Part shown: in pieces, positions 23,542 to 35,730 of the stretch
Numbering within the stretch: the stretch's first letter is position 1
Layout of the letters: each line of letters starts with the position of its first letter
Origin: Takakia lepidozioides
Lineage: Eukaryota; Plantae; Bryophyta
Direction: 5' to 3'
Assembly: GCA_030704615.1 (NCBI GenBank)
Contig: CM060733.1
Span: 43,524,001-43,588,000, forward strand
Length of the DNA stretch: 64,000 bases
Notes under the pieces: generated by a model
The model's database searches: none
Seen by the model: only the letters and a program-made list of their open reading frames with translations
What the model was told of the DNA's origin: nothing
Position numbers and translations under genes: made by a program

Positions 23542-26500
23542 TCACTCGAAGACAGCATTGGGGGAAGCGGCTTCGGCGCGCCCCTGCATCGAACGAATTT
23601 TCCCGGACTTCCTCCTCTTCATCTTCCTCCTCTCCTTCCACGTCTCTTCTGCGTTTTTGGGATCCTCAGTCGGAGGCAGACGCTGAAGGCCCGCCAAATT
23701 GTAATCGTACAAGGCCGTATCCCCCTCAAATGAGAACACAAATCGGTTCGACATCCTTCCCGCCCACATACAGGCACCTGCGAATTCATACGACACAACC
23801 ACAGCCAAACTCAAGAATGAGTCGCTTCCTCGCTCGCACAGCAAACATACAGAAACGGAAATGGTGTCAATTTCGGTGCCGCATTCATTAACGTTCTCAC
23901 CTGTATTTGCAGTGACGTCAAGGACCCTGCCTTCAACATCCGTACACGTTTCCATGAGCGTCTGGATGAATGCAGGACTCCTGGTCCTGCCATACCTCCA
24001 TGGCTTGCCCGACAAATCACAAAGAATGTCCTTCTCTCCCACATGGTTGAACAGGACGTTATACTCCAGTGGATCAACTGTGGAATCAACAAGTCTTCCT
24101 GCTTCACGTATTTGAATTTCGAATTTCCTTCACGAAGCAAAATGCCTGAAAGATAAGAGTCTGCAGAGAAGGAAATGAAAACGTCAGAGGTGGCCTACAT
24201 GTACAGGGCAATTTCGGCGCAGAAATTGACATAGCAGAGGAGAACCACAGCATACCTTCTGGCCATCGTTGAGAAGACCCTGCGTGTTGATGCAAGTCCA
24301 GATCTTTTTCAGGATGGGTGCTGCACTTCTCCCCGTCCATACTTTGATATCATTCTCAGTGACTTCTCCATCGGCTGCTAGCACAACAACACAGCCACGT
24401 CGTCCAACATGTTGGCTGCGAACCCGAATGTGTGGCTCCAGTATCTTTCGTCGTACTTGTTCCACCAGGGAACTGAGCCCAGCCCCAGTATCTCCTGCCC
24501 ATCCGGGATATCCACAAGGATCATGTCGATGGAGGCTTTCACCGCCCCGCCCTGCCCCCGACTGTGCTCTTTTTGCCGTGGCTCATCGCCACAAAATACT
24601 CCATCATCTTTGTGTAGCCAGGAGTGTCCTCCATATCATTGCCAGTGGCCTTCCTCTTCCCCTTCCCCTGGTGGGCCTCGATCGCCTTCCTCAATCTCGT
24701 TATCTCCAGCCTTCTGGTCAGAGCAGTAGGAAATTTTCATTAACACACTCCACAATTGTGGGTGTTTTGAGGACTTCCCTGCCCGCAATGTGCACCGCAC
24801 GGTAGGGTCTGCCAGGTGCATCCTCGTATAGTGATCTCTTCGCAGCCGACCCCCGGAGCGCTGGCCCTTGTGAATTTTCGGACGAGGTGTGGCCCCCTGG
24901 GTGTTTTCCTGCTGGAAATCGTCGTCGGAATCCTCCTCATCTGGCTGACTGTGTTGCTGCTTCTTCTTCTTGGGTGTGGGGGTCTTCGTCTCTTGCCCCT
25001 GTTTGCGCGTTCTTTTCTTCCTGTCCTTGGGCTGCTCAGCTGCCTGCTTCTCCATCTGCTCCTTCGCCAACGCTGCCGCCTTGGCTGACTTCTCAGTGCT
25101 TTCTGCTTGGCTGCCTCCTCTGCTTTCAGTCTTTCCGCGTCCTCTGGTTGGGGATCCGATTGCGCCTTCATAGCCCTGGCATTCGCTTCCTTCTTCAAGT
25201 TAACCTCCGAGAGGTCAACGGTCCCACTTGGGAGATCCACATACCAGGGGCAGTCTACCAAATGCTCGGCATGCCACTCCTTCGCCATTACTTCTGTGTA
25301 CATCGTTCCACGACCTCCAGGTGTCCTCCACGCCAGGAAGATGGTGGAACCCTTTGAATGGCTCCGGACGGAATGAGTGCAAAGTTTATGTACCTGCAAT
25401 CACGAGGGCAGTTCAACAAAAATCATTCTACCGATGCATCATGCAAGTGAAGTTGTCAATGCACAAGGTATTTCGGCACCGAAATACGGAGTGGACCGTG
25501 CCCCAATTACCCAGAACTCACATCTTGCAGAGTATATTTCGGCGCCGCAATATCCATCGCTGCTTAACCAAATCATCTAAACTGCAAATAGGGGGATGCA
25601 TTGTCAGCAGATTACCTGAACAGGACACCATTGCCGCTTTGTCGGCACCCTCCTGCTCTTCGATGTATATGCGTGCTGCGTCTTGCCTTTTGCAATTTCT
25701 CTGAAAAAGAGGTTTGCGAAGCGCCCTCGCCACGACTGCACGTAGTTCTCCATTGTCTCAGGCTTCGTCCAGTCGATCTGTAACTTGAAAGTGGTGGTGT
25801 TGCAGTCCAATTGCTCCTGGGTGGGTCAGTACCTGCATCATGGCAGGTTTCCAAAACATTCATGATTTTGAAATTGCGACGATGTCCAACACAGAAGGGA
25901 GAAAATTATACCTGATGCCACCAAGTCATGACATTGAGCCAGTCGTTCATTTTGTCGTCTGTTGGCTCGATGGGAAAGTGGTACAGCAGCTTCGTGTTTG
26001 TATGGCCGTTCCAGATTCGCAGCCACCTTCGTCTGCAGCCACCTCACATCGGTCAGACAAGAACTCCAACATAAGAATCGCGAGAAGTCACAAAACAAGA
26101 ATAAACACATGCTTACCTTCTCCGCCGGCTCAACACAGGACACTGCGATGTGATGAAGTTTCTCCATGGACATTTCGGTTTCATGGGTCTGGAGTAATGC
26201 AGTCCTATCTCCGCCAGGAACTCGGCACCAAGACCAGGGTCAGCGATTGCAACTTGCTTAACAAGTTTGGACCTGTACTTGGTCCGGGATTGCTTCCCTT
26301 CCCTGCACAATATGACTCTCTATCGACGCGTCCGCCTTTGTTGGGGGCATCATTCTCAAAGAACTGCCTTTTGGCATAGGCCAAGTCATCCCTGATGTTC
26401 GTCTGCATTCCATACCCAGCAATACAGTCAGGCCACGGATCCCTGCAACAATAACATTAAATTGATACTGAAATTTGAGATGAACCTCACCGAATAGAGG

Positions 26501-28091
26501 ATCTCCACCATGGCGTCCAGTGTTGGTCGGTACCAGGTGCGATCTGCTTTCGCTAGGGACTTCCTGTACAGCTCGGGATCGAGGGACTTTTGGAAGTCCG
26601 TCAGCGGAGCTGTCCCCACTTCTTGCACTCTGTAGAGCGTATGTGCCAGATGAGTTTCCACGAAGGCCCTCTCTGTTACCCTGCCATGGAGAAAAAAAAC
26701 AACATGAAAATATGATTTCGGCACAGCAATCCAATTTCCAGTTCATAGAGTGCATGACAGTGGTGAACATTCCTATTTCGGCGCCGCATAGGCAGTACAC
26801 AAGGATGTAATTGTATACTTACAGATTTATATCCGCCATGGCACCCTTCAACAGTCCTCTGTCCCTGACGTCCACCTTCACGACAATGCGTCCACCATGT
26901 AATGCCAACTGATATCTTGCGGATGCATTTCAGCAATGTACTCTGTCCAGGCAAGCATCCTGTGGTTCCCGTCCCAAACGAAGAACATCTTCCCTTCCAT
27001 GTGTGCGAATGTGGGATTAGTCTTCAGATAGGCTTCAAACTCGGCATTAACAGTGTGCCAGTGGGGGCCCCAATTCTGAAGCTCCTCTGCAGTGGGGCCC
27101 CTTGTGACACCCTGGTCATTCTCAATGGAAACGTAGAATGCTGCCGACCCCCGTCTGTACCCTTATCTGAAGTTGTGCTTCAGTCGATCGATATCCCCTG
27201 GCAGTGCTTGCCTTACAACTGGAAGGCTTACCATGCGACACAAAGGAACTTTGAGGTTCTCCGGATACACCATGGAGCCCAAAACGCGGCCTATGTTGCT
27301 ATGAGTCTCTGCCAGCAACCTGTTTGCTGCTATGTTCATGTCTCGTGCGCTCATGAGCATACCCGCCACCAGTTTCTTACTTGTATCACCTCTGTCACTT
27401 CCCTCACCCCTCTCACCAAGCCTGTGTACTGTCCTAGAGGTTGCTCCTCCGCAAGCTCCAGCAGGTTCTGATCGTCGCCAAGTCGTACCACGTTATCGTC
27501 CTCTCCTTCTGTCAGTTGAATGGGCCGCCCTTCTGCAGATCCGACTCCCACATCTCCAGCGGCCTCCACCGCATCTGTGTTTTCTGAAGTTGACTGCAAA
27601 CCCAATATCTCCGCTTCCAGTCTCCCTAGGGGTTTTACTGGCGAAGCCATGGGCTCCTTCTGCTTTCTCTCGGCTTCCGAACTCTAGGTGGGCTTTTCGG
27701 AGGCGATATCTGAGGTGTTGAAAGCACTCGTCTGCCTCGATGCACTTCCACCTTGTGAGCGCAGCACCCGGGCAGGAGTATCCAAAGTTGACTGTGTTGC
27801 CTCGCCCCCCTGCGATCCCTCCCCAGCTCCCATGTCAAACAGGAAAACATGAGACACTGCACGCCAAAAAAAAGGTGTAAAAGGAATATTGCGTATGGAG
27901 TGCTTCACATCCGCGAAGCACGAATCTCTCACTGGTGGGCGATCCAAGTCTCCGGATAACGAGGTCTGCATTTCATGCATGAGACGGAGCTTAAGTCGTG
28001 TCGTCGGCGGCTTCCCAAAATCCCGCGTCCTCCTTCTCTTTGTCGGAGTCGCCTGACCTTCCACAAACTCTATGCTACCACTATGCCGCAT
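23542..28091 (-). CDS. Spliced cargo gene: ParB/Srx-like domain, helical region, and beta-class N6A/N4C DNA-methyltransferase-like domain (contains frameshifts; ends approximate)
   Basis: FFVWDGNHR (VWDGNHR at 26959-26979). Manual translation gives SIDMILVDIPDG (motif IV-like, DIPD at 24501-24512) and later RSPAFIQTLMETCTDVEGRVLDVTANTG^ACMWAGRMSNRFVFSFEGD (motif X/I/II-like). GT-AG introns at approximately 26682-26822, 25394-25615, 24147-24255 and 23778-23900. Confidence 0.72.
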
Positions 28092-28496
28092 AAGGAGAGG
28101 AAACGCAGGAGAATGTCACTGTAGAAGGGCAAGGAGCGAGAGAGCGAAGCGGTGGAACATGCAACCACTATGCATGAGCAGATGTGTAAGCAGCCACATC
28201 TCCCGAAGCGTTGCCACCGTCCACCACTTTCTGCCGTATGGGTGATGAAGAGATTGTGACCCCTGACACGTTCGCACGGATGAAGTGGACTGGAACACGA
28301 CGCGTGCCAGTTCCAGCCACCAGTGTAAGACGGTTTATCCGAATTGCGGCACCGAAATACCTTCCGTTCACCGGATGCTGTTCCCGGAGCAGCCGGCATT
28401 GAATGAAATATCCGCACATCATGAAACCCAACCGCCATGAAAATCCCCTGCATATGACATTCAACAGTCAGGTCGGTACGTTTCATCAGCGGACGG

Positions 28497-30090
28497 ATGA
28501 ATTTCGGCGCCGAAATTCATCATATTCAAGTGCTTTCATACACAAACTTACAAATTTCGGCGCCGCAATTCATCGCTTCCCAAGTCCTCATTCGTCATGA
28601 GCAAACCTGTCAGTGGGATATCGGAGCCGGAATTAATTCCGGGACAACGGAAACGGCTGCACTTGGGCACATTTCATCCATATTTCGGCGCCAAAATTCA
28701 TTACGAATATCTCCGTCCGCGCGTAGACGAGGTGAAATCATCCATATTTCGGCGCCGAAATTCACCCAGAGCGAAGACTAAATCGGCACCATGCTATGCT
28801 TTGCCGCCATCATTGCCCCTGACGGATGCTGTCCATGCCTGTTGGACTTGCCATTTCTGGACATTTAACTATAATTTCGGCGCCGAAATTATACTTTATG
28901 TGCGGCAACGTCCCGTGCGAAAAAGACCACTTAATGGATACTGTCGGTTTCAAATGAAAAAAAACGGCTAAAATGCAATTAATTTTGACAGAAGTGGTTT
29001 AATATGCCGATTTCTCCATTAAATGCAGAATATTCCTGTTATATTCGTCGGAACGGGGTATTTCCAACGATTTATGGAAAATTATCATCCAAAAGCAAAA
29101 AGTAAGTGCCGGGTTTGGACGAATTTTGGCGCCAAAATTCATCCGTAACATAGAAAATGTAATATTAGAGTTACTCATTGCGGACAGTAAGGATGAATTT
29201 CGGCGCCGAAATTGATCCATTTCAAAGAAAAATAAATATTGGAGGGAGGGCATTGGATGAATTTTGGCGCCGAAATCCGGCGCTCAAACCCTGAAAAGAA
29301 TTTGGAGGGATGAAGTCGGCTGAATTTCGGCGCCGAAATTCATTGCTCGCGAAGAAAAAAATAATTTCGGGAGGACTTCGGATGAATTTCGGCGCCGAAA
29401 TTCATTGCTCGCGAAGGAAAATAAAAAAATTCGGGAGGACTTCGGATGAATTTCGGCGCCGAAATTCATCCGAAGCGAAGGAAAAAAAAAATTTTCGGGA
29501 GGACTTGGAATGAATTTCGGCGCCGAAATTCAATGCTCGCGAAGAAAAAATAAAAATCGGGAGGATTTTGGTTGAATTTCGGCGCCGAAATTCATTGCTC
29601 GCGAAGAAAAAGGAAAATTAAAAGGGAGTACTTGGATGAGATTCGGCGCCAAAGTTCATCTGTCGCAAAGAAAAATAAAAACAGAAAGGACTTCCGATGA
29701 ATTCTGGCACCGAAATCCATCCGCAGGGCAGCAGAATTAGGGTCGGAAAAGGAGATGAAGAATGAATTTCGGCGCCGAAATACATCCATTCTGCCGAATC
29801 AAGATTACTGTCATTCGGAAGTCGGCACCGATATCCGGACACGTGGTGAATCACGACTGTAATCAGGAACACATTCATCCGTATTTTGGCATCTAAATTC
29901 AACCCATATGTGCAGATACAATTTAATGAAGAAGAAGTTCATCCGAATTTCGGCACCGAAATCCATCCGTTGGGTGCTTGGTCAGTTTAATGAGGTAAAC
30001 AAATTACGATTTTTGTTGCCAGAATTCATCCCTTGGCTTCCAAAGCTGTTACATGACAGAGATGTTCATCCAGATTTCGGTGCCGAAATT
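28497..30090. repeat. Array of about 20 palindromes GATGAATTTCGGCGCCGAAATTCATC, ~63-bp period in the core
   Basis: GGCGCC-type centres at 29202, 29266, 29329, 29391, 29455, 29519, 29581, 29645, 29706, 29771. A perfect 36-bp palindrome lies at 29440-29475. Confidence 0.95.
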
Positions 30091-30340
30091 CATGGGAAGG
30101 CCTGATTTATTGTACCCCAAGTGGTTGTACATTACAATTCAGGCACCAAATATCCGATGTGAACTTGCTGTTTCGTCCGTTTTTTTAACGTACGTTACAC
30201 ACCTTCATCTTTACGTGCACTGATCACCCATCCTGTTGGATACGGAATCCTCCAGAAAATCATTTGTGTTATTAGGTAGGACACACTCTTCTCATTGCAG
30301 GACTTCGCTGCGGAGCGTACCGAGAGGTCCCGTCTTCAAA

Positions 30341-33300
30341 ATGGACTCCCGTGTTTGGGTCAACGTGTACTTCCATCCTGATTCTCTGAAAGCTAAAATA
30401 CCCTGCGACCAAGGATTTGCGATTGTCACTAAGCAGTACTTGTGTGTGAAGTTCGGGCTCCGCCCTGGAACGGTGTTTTTGGAAGGAGGAGACGAAGGAT
30501 GCTTATGGAAATTTTATGGAAAGTGCCGTCATTCTGCATGCAAATTTCGGAAAAGGCAAAGAGTGGCGGCTCCCAGCTTCTGAATCCATCCGGTACAGTG
30601 CCATTGGTGAAATCGTGCCTAAAGAGTTCCCACGCTGGAACTTGGTTGATCCTCCTTCAACAAGAGGGTCTGGCGTGCAAGATGTGAAGGATGTGGGCAC
30701 CTCTTCACAAGCAGAGAAGCCCAAACATGTGAAAAGGGAAATCCAGGAAAACAGGGAAACAGTCGTCCACGACTTATCCAGTGACGATGAAGACTGTATG
30801 GTCCTTCCATCGTATGTTTCGAAGTCGTCCGTCACTAGGAGTGTTCAGCATACACCGTCCGACTCAACTTCCGTCCGCTCAGTAATCGACATATTGCGGA
30901 GGATGAAGACAACGGGTTCCCGCTCCAGTGACCTTCTTAGGCTTGATTACGACAAAACTCCAATCCATTCTGTGGAAACTTTGCCTGATGTTGTGGATGG
31001 GAATGCTATCTACGAGTTCCCTCCAGTGCCGGCAGGCGCAGGCCCAGACGGCATGCTCGCAGGAATGAACAGAAAACATGACGGCCACCCTTGGTGTGTC
31101 ACCAAAACTTCATCGTCCAACCTGGGTGATGGAGTTCGAGTGAGATATGTATTGTGTGCTGGGCATCTTAAATGTTTCTCGAGCACATGTTACCATTACA
31201 CTAGCAAAGGCACCAGGAATGAGACTGACTGGATTGGCAATTCGTCGACCCCATTTTGGCCTCAAGGTAGAGTTCCTGCAGGGACGTTCAAGTGTGCCCA
31301 TTGCAACGCAGCCCCTACGTACATGGCAGTGTGCAACGCCAAGCAGTACTACGTCGGGACCGTCGGCCCAGCGTGCACCAGAGCATGCATTCACATCGGA
31401 AAGCATGAGCACCCCCTCGCCAGAGGCAATTGCAGAGTCGCTTTTAACAAGCCCAGGATATTATCAAGGAGGAGGTGAGGTTGAGGCCGGGTGCAAAACC
31501 AAAGCAGATACAGCTCGCATCGGCACATAGGATTGCAATTGGCAGAATAATGTCGGAGGACGGAAGCACAAGAGAGAAGCTGGGCGAGGGGGACATGAAG
31601 GACCTGCTGGAAGCTGTCTCCCATGTGTGCAGCCCCAATGTCAGGAACCACATTGTCAGCTGCAAGAAACGAATCGGAAGAGGATCAGACATGCACTCCA
31701 TCTTGGAAGTGAAGCGCACATGCGGCTACGACTTCATCCAAGGCAGCTTCTTTCCTGGTCAAGGCTCGGAGACGGACAGGTGCTTCATATTTAAGATGTC
31801 AACGTGCGGACCGGGGAGCGGCGTCGATTTGGTGAAGCGGATGACCAGTGGAGACCTTTCAAATTGTTGGTCATGTTCGACCACATCCGGCGAATTACCA
31901 ACCACGATTGGGTGACAATGGGGGCACATGTATACGACCCACATTGCAGAAAGTTGATGACCATTGCTATCTGCGAAATGAAGGGAGAAGACACAGATTC
32001 GGAGTTGCATATGTGGCGCGGAATTAATGAGCAAATGGCGAGAGCCAAGTTGCCCCCTCCCGATTTTAGGGGCTTCATGGCTGACAATGCCCAGGCAAAC
32101 TGGGCTGCAGTTAGGAGGGTATATGGGGACGACCCAAAGACTCCAATGGAAGGAAAGGAGAGATCTTGCGGGTTCCACTTCATGCAGAGTTTGACGCAAA
32201 ACACGAAAAGGTTCGTGGCGTCACGCCACCGGCAGGATCATATCAGTATGTGCCTAGCGTGGAAAAATGCGAATTCCATCGACGAGGCGGAGACCGAGTT
32301 TGCAACCATACGCGCCTGGTGGGTGTCTTCAGGGGCAGTGGATGTGAAAGATCAGCCAGAACTGCAAACGTGGCTTGCGTGGTGGCATTATAGATTCCGC
32401 CAGTTTGGAGACTACATGAGACAGGTAACACATTTCTGTACTTGACAATTGTTCTGTTTTGTGCTTGGACATTCTCCACAATCAGTGACATATCTAATTT
32501 CCTTCAACAGGACATGAGCTTGGAGGATGACACGGATATGCCGACGACGAACATGGCCGAATCGGTGCACTCTTCCTGGCGTGCTTCCTCTGCAGCACAT
32601 CTCGTTGACATGTTGACAGCAACAACAGAAGATATTGTGAGGGCCATCATGCAACAATCTCATTACTACCAGTTTCTGGAGGAAAGCAATGGGGTATCGG
32701 ACCAGACAGGCAGGAGATGCTGATGAGGGCGGCGCATCGTTCGACCGATCCCAAAAAATGGACTGCTGCATTGCGGGAAACAATAAGGTCAACGCCGTTA
32801 CACAGTCGGGGGAACTGCCTGGAGGGCGATGTCCGCAGCCGGCCGGTGAAGAGAAGAATTGAGGACATGCCCGGAGGGGATGGGGATTCATGGAGATCAG
32901 ATATGAACATCCGCACTCAACCTCGGGGCGCAACGATGTTGCGTCCCACGCCTCCACGAAGCAGGACTCGTACCCCCTCTCCTGCAGCATCCATGGAATC
33001 GCTGCCAGACTCGGGACAACATGCCGAGGATGGGCATGTTGCTCCTGTTTTCGTTACCCAATACAACATTCCAATCGTGGAGCGAGATGTGTCGGCCTCG
33101 CAGTGGAGAATTGCACGGACCCGTCCGACATTTCGTGGCAAATGTTGTGCTGTTCGTGTCGACACCAACCAGAGATGCAATGAGATGATTCGGAGGAGCC
33201 CGCAGGGCGGTGTGCCTGCCCCTTGCTTCACAGGGAGATTTGTGTGCGCAAAGTTTGTGGAGGCCACACTGAAGGAGTTTTGGTTCTGCAGGCACGACAT

Positions 33301-33937
33301 CATGTCGTGTGTGTTCGGCAAGCCCAAGTATGGTGTACAAGGCATGCCTGAACCACCGGCAGTCTGGCCTGTGGCAAGTGGTACAGATCTTACCCTGGAG
33401 GAGGCAGACGCTCTAGGAAGTGCAGGGTTTCGACTGGTGGAGAGGACAGACGTTCCACGAAATCCAATTCCCAATCGTCATCCTCCTCCCACGAGAAGCT
33501 CTTCGCCCCGCATACCGGTGGGTGACCCCGCAGCTTGGCCCACCCATCGGTGGGGGAAACTGAAAAGACGGCGGCCACCAACAAAGGCGAACGACACCAG
33601 GATGGCCAACGCTCTTGCAATGCCCTGCATAGTGCAAGGTTGCAGGGATGTTCCTCACCCCGGGATGGGGCGCATATTTCAGTTGTCAACAGTCGGGTCT
33701 GCTGCGCGCAGTGTCGTGTATGCAATCACGGTTTCACAGTACCCAGCTTGCAACTGTGAGGACTTCCTTGTTATGGAATCGAAGAATGCAGCATACGTCC
33801 CCTGCAAACACCTTTATTACATTTTTATGAAGCGCATGAGTTGCATATCCGCAGTGGACGTCTTCATCCATGCTCCAACACTGAGTTTCAACGAGCTGCA
33901 CAAGGCCCTACGGCAGGATACTGGTCGGACTGCTTGA
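30341..33937 (+). CDS. MULE transposase (GCM-like Zn domain, DDE core, SWIM finger); several frameshifts, one intron at ~32424-32510
   Basis: VMFDH (D1), GFMADNAQA (D2), ERSCGFH (CxxH), TTNMAESVH (E), and SWIM CNCEDF...PCKH. Confidence 0.88.
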
Positions 33938-34587
33938 CATTCCCATTCGGGAAGGAGAAAGTGGCAATTATATTACATTCATCTTCTTGCACCCTATTTT
34001 TTTGTGAGGAATTATACACTTGGTGGTGCCGCATCGCCATGGCTACATGTGAATTTCGGTGCCGCAAATGGCATGCGCATGCTTTTTTTATTTTGGTTGT
34101 CTACAAATGGATCCGAGTAAAGCATACATTGTGTGGAGATTAACGGGCATTGGGCCTATTTCAGCGCCATTTATGGTCTGTGTACTGCATAGTGCTTCCT
34201 TGTTACTGCTCTTCCTTCAATTTGTAGTGATTTCACAGCCCATCCTGGCGTTTTCGTCCACCTTTATGAGAAGACTCCAATTTGCTACAAATACATTGTT
34301 ACTGTTCTGCAAATGTGATGCCTTTACAAGATTGCTAGTTCTGTGTCCCAGTGGGAAGGGTCCTACTGCACATTCCAGCATTTGCATACTGCACCTTGTG
34401 CAAAACAATCCATACGACAAAGGACACGTCCCAGCATACTGGCAGTGAATTGCAAAAAACCTTAACAGAAGATTATCGAAGCATGTATATTCCCATATGG
34501 CACAGGGAAGCTGCTTGATTTCTGAATGAAAATGTATGTGCCATGAGTGTCAGCGAGTTGAAACATGTCTACTCTAGCATGCAAGAC

Positions 34588-35187
34588 CTATGGTCCCCTC
34601 GCCCAAGAAGAAGGAACTCGAACTGGCCTCTCAAGGACCTCCTCAGTGACCGGGTGCCTATATTTGAACAAAATGTCAGTGGTTTCTGTCGCCCGGTTGA
34701 AACTAACGAGGATGTCGTGTTTATCGATAGCGCCCCCTTGGTAGAAGGACATTTTCACAGTGGGCCCTGTGTTCCCCTCCTCCTCATCCTCATAACTGAA
34801 GAGAATGTCCCCACTTTCCGAGCCAGTCCGTCCACGCGTAAAGTTTTCACCTATGCACTCATCATACGTCCACTCGCAACAATTCCAGCGATACAGCAAC
34901 GCTGTGCGTGATCTGTTCGGCTCCCACACATGCGGAAAGTCCAGGTCCATGATGCGTAGGAACCACCTGCTCCCCAGCCGGGGTCCAGGAGAATCGTGCA
35001 ATCCTGCAAGAAACTCCATTGCTCTCAGCTGGACAAGTCGAGGATCGTCCCTGTAAACATCCAGGAAGACAATGATGTCGTCTGCTTTCGGGAAAATGAC
35101 TCCCGTCTGGCGTCGATAGATGTGATTCGGGCACGACATGGCCTCACGACACAGCACGAACTCAAAGCAGGGAGGAGATGGGCACAA
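34588..35187 (-). CDS. Third ORF inside the MULE, convergent with the transposase, unknown function
   Basis: 199-codon uninterrupted ORF with globular-looking composition. No motif recognised. Confidence 0.4.
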   Translation of the reverse strand: MCPSPPCFEFVLCREAMSCPNHIYRRQTGVIFPKADDIIVFLDVYRDDPRLVQLRAMEFLAGLHDSPGPRLGSRWFLRIMDLDFPHVWEPNRSRTALLYRWNCCEWTYDECIGENFTRGRTGSESGDILFSYEDEEEGNTGPTVKMSFYQGGAIDKHDILVSFNRATETTDILFKYRHPVTEEVLERPVRVPSSWARGP

Positions 35188-35254
35188 CAGAGAAGAGTGA
35201 AGAGCAAAATGAGAGCAAGGCCTCCCTCACCGTAAGGCGGGTATTTGCTCTCCG

Positions 35255-35730
35255 ACGCCCAATTTCGGCGCCGTTATTACATGGAGTGCGGAAGCTTCAG
35301 CCGAGAATTTTGTTTCCGCAGGTCAATTTCGGCGCCGTTATTGGTTGCAATCCCCAGCCTTCAGCCGGGTATTTGGTTTCCGGACCCAATTTCGGCGCCG
35401 TTATCGGCTGCACTCCGGTGGCTTCAGCCGAGTATTTGGTTTCCGGGGCCCATTTCGGCGCCGTTATCGCCTGCACTCCGGAGGATGCAGCCGGGTTTTT
35501 GGTTGGCAGAGCCCAATTACTTTCACCGTTGTTGGCTTCACTCCCGAGCCTTCAACCCGCTATTTCTTTTCCTGTGCCCAATTACGGCGTCGTTATACCC
35601 AACCATCCTGCACTTCTGCAATAGTACTATCCACGGTTATAGGTCGCCAGTGCGTTTTCGGAGTCTGCAAACCCGGATCCTAATTCCGCTTGCGTCTCTG
35701 CCTCTGGGATAATTTCGGTGCCGTTATTGC
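35255..35730. repeat. Subterminal 63-bp tandem units carrying AATTTCGGCGCCGTTAT
   Basis: Centres at 35267, 35331, 35394, 35457, plus degenerate copies. Confidence 0.85.

Noticed and set aside
23542-28091. Bacterial contamination or prophage explaining the ParB/MTase motifs
   Set aside because: The gene has GT-AG introns and lies within a TIR/TSD-bounded MULE among plant retroelements.
28497-30090. CRISPR array, or short proteins with MNFGAEIH / EFRRRNSS repeats
   Set aside because: The spacers are related to each other. The peptides are translation artefacts of the palindrome and appear on both strands.
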